Below, piece by piece: positions 1-8,338 of a stretch of 12,065 bases of DNA; within the stretch, counting starts at the first letter, position 1, and the number at the start of each line of letters is the position of its first letter. The DNA is taken from contig NW_021826764.1 in the NCBI RefSeq assembly GCF_006345805.1, positions 1 through 12,065 of the forward strand. The letters run 5' to 3'. A program made the translations under genes and the position numbers. The notes under the pieces are model-generated. The model saw only the letters and a list, made by a program, of their open reading frames with translations, did no database searches and had not been told where the DNA came from. The stretch is from Octopus sinensis. Lineage: Eukaryota.

Positions 1-175
1 GACATAAAAAAGAAAGAAATAAAGAAGAGACATACAGACAGAAAAAAGAAAGAAAGAAAGAAAGAACGAAAGAAAGACATAAAAAAAAAGAGAGAAAGAA
101 AGAAAGAAAGAAAGAAAAAGAAAGACAGAAAAAAAAGGAAGTAAGAAAAAAGAAAGAAAACAGACAGACAGAAAA
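1..175. repeat. Purine-rich degenerate (GAAA)n/(GACA)n microsatellite
   Basis: Direct reading: runs of aaag/gaaa with acag variants; the + strand is almost entirely purine. Confidence 0.95.
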
Positions 176-180
176 ACCCC

Positions 181-267
181 ATACAACCACTACTACCACC
201 ATCGCTACTACTACTACTACTACAACTACCATCACCATCACCACTACCACTACTACTACTACTGATT

Positions 268-319
<52 letters not shown>

Positions 320-362
320 CATTATTACTACCAGTAGTAATATATTCTAGTTGTTGTTGTTG
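181..362. repeat. Compound trinucleotide microsatellite (CTA)n/(CCA)n ending in (GTT)n
   Basis: Near-pure (cta)n at about 268-318, flanked by cca/cat variants, then a switch to gtt at about 350-362. Confidence 0.95.
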
Positions 363-517
363 CTGAGGACCTTATCAACAGCATTCCTGCAGAAATGCTA
401 ATGAAATGTCCTGTCATGAGCAGACCATCAAGCATTGTGTATCTTGTACTACGTCAACGAATGTGCCGTGATTTGATTTTGTCAGCTAATTGTTATTTGC
501 TTGGCGCTTTTTTTTTC

Positions 518-710
518 TTTAACCCCAAGTGAATCCTATTTTGAGACGACTGTGACCGAAGGCATCCCATCCCTGAAAATCCCGTCGGTTTCCAAATTTG
601 CAGAGAACGTAGAAGCACATTATCCATTCTGCTTCTATCATTGAGGGCGACGAAATATGATTTGAGGAAAATTTAGCTGCTATTTCTAACTACCAAATAA
701 TCATATAGAG
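518..710 (-). mobile_element. Old ~200-bp dispersed retroposon-like repeat, copy 1
   Basis: Shares motifs with 1413-1612, 1622-1827 and 8000-8090: ttaacccc..gt at one end and gatttga..aaatttagctg...tcta at the other. A T-run at 508-520 would be an A-rich tail on the minus strand. Confidence 0.6.
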
Positions 711-784
711 AGCGACGTTTCTCAACCACTTTTCTTTTTTGCATATGGACTCCTTTCATTCCTATTTTACCCGTGAGACACTCA

Positions 785-1156
785 TCGTGACACTCCGCCC
801 GTTACGACGACGAGGGTTCCAGTTGAACAGCCTGCTCGTAAAATTAACGTGCAAGTGGCTGAGCACTCCACAGACACGTGTACCCTTAACGTAGTTCTCG
901 GAGGAGAATCAGCATGACACAGAATGTGACAAGACTGGCCCTTTGAAATACGGATACAAGAAAAACAGGAAGAAAGAGTGAGAGAAAGTTGAGGTGAAAG
1001 AGTACAACAGAGTTCGAAACCGGACCCTGCCGGAGCCTCGTGGAGATTTAGGTGTTTTCGCTCAATAAACATTCACAACGCCCGGTCTGGAAATCGAAGC
1101 CACGATCCCACGACCGTGAGTCCGCTGCTCTAACCACTGGGCCATAGCGCCTCCAC
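785..1156 (-). mobile_element. tRNA-derived SINE, apparently full length (octopus OR1-like by recall)
   Basis: The minus strand starts gtggaggcgctatggcccagtggttagagcagcggactcacggtcgtgggatcgtggcttcgatttcc, with an A box at 1134-1144 and a B-box-like motif at 1089-1100. The 3' tail (792-959) is ~90% identical to 4941-5120. Candidate TSD g(a/g)gacactca at 775-784 and 1157-1166. Confidence 0.88.
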
Positions 1157-1270
1157 GGGACACTCACAGCCTTTCGAAGTCTGAAACCTATTATATATTT
1201 ATGATTAAATATTATTAGGAATTGTCGAAATATTTATGTAATGTAGAAATATGATTGGTTATTTTAACAG

Positions 1271-1300
1271 CGAAATCTTATATGGACACCAAGAGAAACG
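1271..1300 (+). other. Candidate 30-nt microexon
   Basis: Acceptor ggttattttaacag| and donor cg|gtgagc. Length is a multiple of 3 and all three frames are open. No homology recognised. Confidence 0.3.
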
Positions 1301-1412
1301 GTGAGCCCTGTTGAGTACCAGCAACTACGTGATACTGAAGGAGTCTCCACATTATAGAGATTCTTTCAATAGCCCGTAGTTGCTGTTTGCTACATGCTTG
1401 TTGTTATTGTTT

Positions 1413-1827
1413 TCTAGTCACAGTTCAATCATACTCAAGCCTGCAACTGATCTAAGCGATCCAACCATGACATATTTTCAGTAGAGGCATTCACAACTAT
1501 CACCAAAAACATCCACCCTTCGTATTTTCATAAAGATGGCATCATGTGATTCGAGAGAAATTTTAGCTGTGCTGTCTAGCAATAAAACTAAGCACACGCA
1601 CAGAACTTCTAAGGTTCATACTGTAACCAGAACTCAACTGTACTCAAACAGACCAATGATTTAGGCAATCCAACCATAACAATCCCCGCTTATTTTCAGA
1701 TAAGGCATTTGCGACTATTTTCTAAAAATTTATCCCCTGTATTTTTATAACGTCGACATCACATAGATTGAAAGAAATTTTAACTGTGTTGTCTAGCAAT
1801 AATAATGAGCACACACAGAGCTTCTAA
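1413..1827 (-). repeat. Diverged tandem pair (~215-bp period) of the ~200-bp retroposon-like repeat
   Basis: Unit A (1413-1612) and unit B (1622-1827) align along their length, e.g. tccaaccat.aca, tattttcag, ggcatt, aaatttta.ctgtg.tgtctagcaataa, gcacac.cacaga.cttctaa. A degenerate (gtt)n at 1399-1412 would be an (AAC)n tail on the minus strand. Confidence 0.8.
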
Positions 1828-2138
1828 ATTTCATGATGTATAAATATATTTATTATCAGAGAGACCACTAAGAGTTGTATTTTTTTAACATTTACACAGT
1901 GTAAATCCTGTTGATAGCAGGGGAGATAGTGGAGGTTGCTTAAATATCTTTTCAACTCGTTATCTATCACAGAAGAATGTCTTATGGCATGATCTGGTCG
2001 GGTCTGTTCTGCGCTGTTCCGATCTCTACAGATATCTTGGTTTCTTTCATTTTCCGTTTTGGTGAAGAATAGGGACAGTATTCTTGCTTCTTCCTTCTTC
2101 CTGATATTCCTTATCGTGTAGTGGGTACCATCTGGCAT
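1824..2138 (-). CDS. Possible coding segment or ORF of unknown function with a GNAT-like N-terminal pattern
   Basis: Non-repetitive 104-aa ORF MPDGTHYTIRNIRKKEEARILSLFF...; ATG context acgATG; preceded by a pyrimidine-rich acceptor (ttttaatttccccctactgttattcag, ~2159-2185). The family resemblance is by eye and limited to the first ~25 aa. Confidence 0.2.
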   Translation of the reverse strand: MPDGTHYTIRNIRKKEEARILSLFFTKTENERNQDICRDRNSAEQTRPDHAIRHSSVIDNELKRYLSNLHYLPCYQQDLHCVNVKKIQLLVVSLIINIFIHHEI

Positions 2139-2435
2139 CGTAAATCTTCGAAATTAGCTGAATAACAGTAGGGGGAAATTAAAACAACGTTCACATATAA
2201 GAAAAAACAAAATGGCTGAATAGGAGAATGTATATACTTCAACAAAAATGATAAAAGACGAGAAAAGTACAGTGAGAGAGAGAGGAGGGAGAAGGATGAC
2301 GAGGGTGTGAGACAAAGAAAGAGGGGAAGAGATATTGACTGAAGAATGGGAGGGAATGAGAAAAAAGGGGTTAATATATCATAGTGCAGGTTTAGATATA
2401 TCAATGAGGGTGCACATGCACTAGTCTGACTGCGA

Positions 2436-2436
<1 letters not shown>

Positions 2437-2480
<44 letters not shown>

Positions 2481-2653
2481 CGCCTCACACACACATATAC
2501 ACACATGTTTTATAATATAAATAGATTGTGAGGAGAGAGGGAGAGTGAGATACGCGCAGTGCCATATATGTGTGTATATATATATATATGTATATTATAT
2601 ATATGTATATATATATGTATATATATGTATATATATATGTATATATATATTGT

Positions 2654-2700
<47 letters not shown>

Positions 2701-2804
2701 TATATATATATATATGCATGTATTCTTTGTGAATATTTGTAGACATATGTGTGTGTATGTATGCATACATGTATGTTGCATGTAAAGAAATGTATAAATG
2801 TATC

Positions 2805-2836
<32 letters not shown>

Positions 2837-2850
2837 CATACATATATATG
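2437..2850. repeat. Compound (CA)n/(TA)n/(TATG) microsatellites
   Basis: (ca)14 at 2437-2464, (ta)8 at 2465-2480, and long interrupted (ta)n at about 2575-2850. Confidence 0.95.
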
Positions 2851-3019
2851 ATGAATGCATGTATATGTGCGCTGCATGTGTGTATAAGGTATATACGAGT
2901 TACAAGAGAATGAACGTACTCGTATTAAAATCGGGGAAGAGCATATGTTGATAATTATTGTAATCTAAGTTACTCCTCTCAAAAGGAGATAGAAGGGAGT
3001 GTGCAAATGAACGTACATG

Positions 3020-3215
3020 TGTGTGTGTGGTACATGTGCATGCGTGTGCATGCGTGTGCGTGTGTTTGTATGTGTTTGTGTGTGAAAATGTGCGTCAAAT
3101 GTAGGTATTTGTGTGTATATATTTATATTCACAAACAAATAAATATATATATGATATATATATGTATAAATATATATATGTATATATATATGTATAAATA
3201 TATATATATATGTGT

Positions 3216-3270
<55 letters not shown>
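3020..3270. repeat. Compound (TG)n/(TA)n microsatellite
   Basis: Degenerate tg/ta runs ending in a pure (tg)n at about 3217-3270. Confidence 0.95.
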
Positions 3271-3273
<3 letters not shown>

Positions 3274-3474
3274 TTATTCATGTTTCTATTTCAAACCGCT
3301 CTTAGAATTCCAGCTGTAGTAAAACAAGAAAGAAAGAAAGAATTTGATTCTTTGGAACGAAGCGAAATTTCGGGAAAATGAGACTCTTCTTGAGATTCCT
3401 TGATTTCTTGTTGGAATCATGATAAAAGTGAAACAAATGCCATCACCTTTGGGAACAAATCAGTCACATACATC

Positions 3475-4267
3475 TATGTGTGTATGTATGTACGTTCGTA
3501 CGTATGTATGTATGTATGTATGCATGTATGTATGTACGTATGTATGTATGTATGTATGTATGTATGTATGTATGTATGTATGTATGTATGTATGTATGTA
3601 TGTTTGTATGTATGCATGTATGTATGTACGTATGTATGTATGTATGTATGTATGTATGCATGTATGTATGTATGTATGTTTGTATGTATGTATGAATGTA
3701 TGTATGTATGTATGTATGTACGTATGTATGTATGTATGTATGTATGTATGTATGGATGGATGTATATATGTATGTATGTATGTATGTATGGATGTATGTA
3801 TGTATGGATGGATGGATGTATGTATGTGTGTATGTATGTATGTATGTATGTATGTATGTTTGTATGTATGTATGTATGTTTGTATGTATGTGTGTGTATG
3901 TATGTGTGTATGTATGTATGTATGAATGTATGTATGTGTGTATGTATGTATGTATGTATATATGTATGTATGTATGTATGTGTGTATGTATGTATGTATG
4001 TATGTATGTACGTACGTACGTACGTGTGTATGTATGTATGTATGTATGTGTGTATGTATGTGTGTATGTATGTATGTATGTATGCATGAGTGTATGTATG
4101 TATGTATGTATGTATGTATGTATGTATGCATGTATGTATATATGTATGTATGCATGTATGTATGTATGTATGTATGTATGTATGCATGTATGTATGTATG
4201 TAGTATGTATGTATGTATGTATGTATGCATGTATGTATGTACGTATGTATGTATGTATGTATGTATG
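3475..4267. repeat. ~790-bp (TATG)n = (CATA)n tetranucleotide array
   Basis: Direct reading, with tacg, tgga, tttg and tgtg variant units. It accounts for all the YVCM/HTYI ORFs. Confidence 0.99.
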
Positions 4268-4385
4268 TCATTATTCACTTTTATTTCAAGATTTCTTGCC
4301 AATGGAGGAAAAGCCGGAATCTAACCTAGATCAAAAGCTCCTTCATTGGGATTTCAACATCAACAACAGGGTATTTTTGTATATA

Positions 4386-4803
4386 TGTAGGTAGGTAGGT
4401 AGGTAGGTTGGTAGATAGGTAGGTAGGTAGGTAGGTAGGTAGGTAGGTAGGTAGGTAAGTAGGTAGGTAGGTAGGTAGGTAGGTAGGTAGGTAGGTAGGT
4501 ATGTATGTAGGTAGGTAGGTAGGTAGGTAGATATGTAGGCAGGTAGGTAGGTAGGTAGGTAGATAGGTAGGTAGGTAGGTAGGTAGGTAGGTAGTAGGTT
4601 GGTATGTAGGTAGGTAGGTAGGTAGGTAGGTAGGTTGGTAGGTAGGTAGGTAGGTTGGTTGGTAGGTAGGTAGGTAGGTAGGTAGGTAGGTAGTAGGTTG
4701 GTAGATAGGTAGGTAGGTAGGTAGGTAGGTTGGTAGGTAGGTAGGTAGGTAGGTAGGTAGGTAGGTAGGTAGGTATGTAGGTAGGTAGGTAGGTAGGTAG
4801 GTA
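4386..4803. repeat. ~420-bp (TAGG)n = (CCTA)n array
   Basis: Direct reading, with ttgg, taga and tatg variants. It accounts for the TYLP ORFs. Confidence 0.99.
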
Positions 4804-4932
4804 GATATGCATGCATGCATACATGCTTGCTTGCATACATGCATGTATGTATGAATGTATGTATATATGCAGATTTGTATGCATGTATGTTTTCTGATGC
4901 ATATAGTTACATATCTAGACATGCTCATATAT

Positions 4933-5261
4933 CTTTAAAGACTCCGCCGGTTACGACGACGAGGGTCCCAGCTGATACGATCAACGGAACAGCTTGCTCG
5001 TGAAATTAACGTGCAAATGGCTGAGCATTCCACAGACACGTGTACCCTTAACGTAGTTCTCGGGGATAATCAGCGTGACACAGAGAGTGACAAGGCTGAC
5101 CCTTTGAAGTACAAGTACAACTCATTTTTGCCAGCTGAGTGGACTGGAGCAACGTGAAATAAAGTGTCTTGCTCAAGGACACAACGCGTCGCCGGGAATC
5201 GAACTTACAACCTTACGATCATGAGCCGAATGCCCTAACCACTAAGCCACGCGCCCTCACT
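4933..5261 (-). mobile_element. tRNA-derived CORE-SINE, full length with 11-bp TSD (octopus OR2-like by recall)
   Basis: Minus-strand head agtgagggcgcgtggcttagtggttagggcattcggctcatgatcgtaaggttgtaagttcgattcccgg (A box 5239-5249, B box 5194-5204). Central tgtgtccttgagcaagacacttt...cagtccactcagctggcaaaaatgag resembles the MIR/CORE domain. Perfect TSD tgctcatatat at 4922-4932 and 5262-5272. Confidence 0.92.
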
Positions 5262-5411
5262 TGCTCATATATATATTTAGACGATAAACTTCTGGAAAGT
5301 TTTACAGAGATTTACAGTTCCAGTGATGGATTGGATCTGTAGTCTTCGAATTTGGTTCCTCCTTTGTGGTTTTGAGAAGCCTAATTTCTCCAGATTAGTA
5401 TTTAGGCAGTT

Positions 5412-5595
5412 TTGAAAACCGATGTTGGTGTGTTTACGTCCCCGTAACTCAGCGATTCGGCAAAAGTGAGCGATAGAATAAGTACTAGGCTTACAAAGAA
5501 TAAGTCCTGCGGTCGATTTGCTCGACTAAAGGCAGTGCTCCAGCATGGTCGCAATCAAATAACTGAAGCAAGTAAAAGAGTAAAAGAATAAGAGA
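5412..5595 (+). mobile_element. 3' portion of a 5'-truncated SINE with a short tandem (gtaaaaga)n tail
   Basis: Matches my recollection of an abundant octopus SINE 3' half (aaccgatg.tggtgtgtttacgtccccgtaact...gctccagcatgg.cgca.tcaaat.actgaa.caagtaaaagagtaaaaga). An inverted homologue lies in-window at 11811-11858. Confidence 0.8.
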
Positions 5596-5970
5596 ACATA
5601 TACTTCCGTACATACGTCCAATTAAGTATTTACCGTTACATACATCTATGAATACGAGTGTATATTTATTAAATATTGCGATGGTGAATGTAGTATGTAT
5701 GAATATAAGTCGTTCTGTTGATATTTGTTTCCATAGACATCCATAATTGTGTATCTGTATTATCGTTCTTTGATGACTCATAAACCTATCTTTTATTTAT
5801 GATTCTACAAATTTTGCATTTATGATTATTAAAGCCACAACTACCGCTCTGTTCCGAATACTACATTAAGATGTTATCTAGATATGGTTCTTTATATTCC
5901 AACCACCATCTTCAGAACACACGGTCTTATTTCTTATTGCTTATTTCTTTAATTAACATTTGCGTCTCTA

Positions 5971-6190
5971 AGGCGACAGGCTGCTAGAATCGCTAGGGCG
6001 CCGCCTAAAATACTTGGCAGCATTTCGTGTGTCTTTACTACATTCTAATTTCAAACTCCGCCAAGGTCAACTTAGACATCTATCCTTTCAGGGCTGATGA
6101 AATAAGTACTATTTGAGTACTGGGACCGATGTAACGGGATCGCCCCTCTCCCAACATTTCTGGCCTTCCGCTTAAAGTAGAAAGGGTTAT
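5971..6190 (+). mobile_element. Degenerate tRNA-derived SINE with a Meta-domain-like core (MetaSINE-like)
   Basis: Decayed A box (tgctagaatcg) and B box (tttcaaactcc), followed by aaggtcaacttagacatctatcctttcagggctgatgaaataagtact, which resembles the MetaSINE/Sauria-SINE core gtcaactcagcctt.catcctt.c.aggtcg.taaaatgagtacc. Confidence 0.72.
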
Positions 6191-6421
6191 TTGTACTAAT
6201 CTATTTCCCTTCTTTCTAGCTCGTCTGTCTTTACTACATTCTTTACTACATTCAAATTTCAAATTCTGCCAAGGTCAACTTAGACTTCTATCCAGATAAA
6301 ATAAGTACTATTTGAGTACTGGAGCCGATATAACGGGCTAGCTCCTCTCCCAACATTTCTGGCCTTTCGCTTAAAGTAGAAAGGGTTTTTTGTACTAATC
6401 TATTTCCCTTCTCTTTAGCTC
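6025..6421 (+). repeat. Head-to-tail tandem duplication (~197-bp units) of the SINE body plus 3' flank
   Basis: 6025-6220 and 6221-6419 align end to end, including the non-SINE flank tgtactaatctatttcccttct...tagc. There is a 'tc' microhomology at the junctions. Confidence 0.95.
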
Positions 6422-7076
6422 TATATATTATTTTCTTTTTCTTGTTTTTCTCCTTAATATACAAAAAATAAAAGAGCAGATTTGATATTTGTTAACAAAC
6501 AAATTCCTCGTGATATGCTTCTTACATCCAGTATAACTACAACGATATAATTATAACAATACAATCACAACTGTGATTGTAATGCTACATACGAGCTTAA
6601 AATTTCCTGAAACAGCTGTAGAAATGAAGATTTTTTTTTAATATCACTGATATTGTTCTCTATTGCTCTCTGTTATCCGTTCAAATGCTTTTCTCTACTC
6701 ATCCGTTATCATCAATTCCGTAGCATGTATAATACTGTTCATGGATGTGCATTTTACCTACGAATTTCCTGTGGTTAATGTAATATATTACACCGAACTT
6801 TAATATATTTGTTCGTGTTTAAGCACCACAACGTCAATTCGCGAGTGCATACAAACCTCGTGACCTGTCTCAAACAACTATAAAGGAATATGATCACACG
6901 ATTCTTCAAGGAGAGATGAAAAAAAAGAATAGATTTTTTTTTCCATTTCTATGAAAAAGAAGATAAAAGGATTTAAGCAGTATTCAAACGTTTCCGAGAA
7001 GAAAAGGTAGACATTTATACCAGAGCAATACACTCATAAAGAATACACACCTCCATTACTCTTGGCAATATTTTCT

Positions 7077-7408
<332 letters not shown>

Positions 7409-7409
7409 T

Positions 7410-7660
7410 TTACGTATATATATGTATGTATGCATACATATACAGATATGCATATAACTATATTTTTATCAATCTATACACACGCATTCACATACACACA
7501 CACACAAAAACACACGCACTTACACACACACACACAAATCACATAGATATACGTACATGTATGTGTAATATATATATAAATATAGAGGTAAGTAGATAGA
7601 GAGGGAGAGAGAGAGAGAGAGTGAAGAAGAGAGAGTGTGAAAGCGAGGAGGAGAGAGAGA
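7410..7660. repeat. Degenerate (TA)/(CA)/(GA) dinucleotide compound
   Basis: Direct reading. Confidence 0.9.
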
Positions 7661-7809
7661 GGTCTACGAACAGTCATTAATAACATGCAATATGTATTCC
7701 TGTTGATTGTTCGAAATTAATTAATTAATTAGACAACTGACGAGAATTCATTGATTCTATGCAATTATTAGTTCCATATTCAGATTTGTGATAAAATAAC
7801 GGCAGCAAC

Positions 7810-7832
7810 AGTAGCAGCGGTAGTAGTAGTGT

Positions 7833-7898
<66 letters not shown>

Positions 7899-7960
7899 AG
7901 TAGTAGTAGTTGTTGTTGGTGTTGATGATGATGATGATGATGATGTTGTGGTTGTTGTGG
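7810..7960. repeat. (GTA)n followed by (GTT)/(GAT) triplets
   Basis: Direct reading. Confidence 0.96.
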
Positions 7961-7999
7961 CAATGGCGTGGGCTACAACAGTAGAACTTGTTGGATTTG

Positions 8000-8090
8000 T
8001 TGTTTAACCCTAGGTCAGCTCTCAGTCATGGTACCCTAACACTAAGACCATTCTAATCATGATTATCGTGTCTTCTCATGTCTAACTTGG
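8000..8090 (-). mobile_element. Fragment of the ~200-bp retroposon-like repeat (3' end with AAC-type tail)
   Basis: ttgttgtttaaccctaggtcagctct...accattctaatcatgattatcgtgtcttc parallels tttaaccccaagtgaatcct...ggcatcccatccctgaaaatcccgtc at 518-586. Confidence 0.5.
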
Positions 8091-8134
8091 AATGCAAAGA
8101 GCAACAGGTACTCGCAATTTCTCAGGCGCAATTT

Positions 8135-8135
<1 letters not shown>

Positions 8136-8173
<38 letters not shown>

Positions 8174-8300
8174 TAGTAGTAGTAGTAGTATGATCATCAT
8201 CATCAGCAGCAGCAGTAGTAGTAGTAGTAGTATCATCATCATCATCATCAGCAGCAGCAGTAGTAGTAGTAGTAGTAGTATCATCGTCATCATCATCAGC

Positions 8301-8338
<38 letters not shown>

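Larger units (their letters stand above)
4268..5410 (-). mobile_element. 5'-truncated non-LTR retrotransposon remnant (R4/Dong-like): ORF C-terminus plus 3' UTR, interrupted by (TACC)n and a SINE
   Basis: Minus strand 5408-5277 reads CLNTNLEKLGFSKPQRRNQIRRLQIQSITGTVNLCKTFQKFIV*, resembling the L..LG...I..LQ....GT..I.K.F tail after the restriction-like endonuclease of R4-clade elements. The downstream sequence is continuous across the SINE TSD. AATAAA on the minus strand at 4280-4285 lies just before the (ACAT)n tail. Clade assignment, and the link between 4268-4385 and the rest, come from recall and inference. Confidence 0.7.

Noticed and set aside
323-342. 9-bp inverted repeat tattactac-ca-gtagtaata
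   Set aside because: A short strand switch within a triplet microsatellite, expected by chance or local fold-back; not a terminator in this context.
782-1072. 96-aa ORF, and 4815-5003, 5491-5781, 6080-6262
   Set aside because: They lie within or overlap SINE sequence; incidental frames.
1085-1156. tRNA gene (also 5190-5261)
   Set aside because: A and B boxes are present, but there is no intact cloverleaf, acceptor stem or T-run terminator; each continues into a SINE body and is bounded by a TSD.
1413-1827. CRISPR-like or regularly spaced repeat-spacer array (also 6025-6421, 10637-10773)
   Set aside because: Only two units each, the whole unit is homologous with no unique spacers, there are no cas genes, and the context is eukaryotic.
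3290-3465. Unique island between (TG)n and (TATG)n with acceptor-like signals on both strands
   Set aside because: All frames close within about 25 codons or sooner, there is no donor, and the pyrimidine tract is a (CTTT)n microsatellite.
4386-4803. Telomeric or interstitial telomeric repeat
   Set aside because: The unit is TAGG, not TTAGGG or TTAGG, and it sits inside a retroelement UTR.
3400-4928. Long ORFs (165-280 aa) in many frames, both strands
   Set aside because: They are translations of (TATG)n and (TAGG)n, which lack stops in most frames; the YVCM/HTYI/TYLP periodicity is a repeat artefact.
6824-6954. Possible plus-strand exon PQRQFASAYKPRDLSQTTIKEYDHTILQGEM...
   Set aside because: There is an acceptor-like tttaag, but no donor before the stop, the frame ends in A/T runs, and I recognise no homology.
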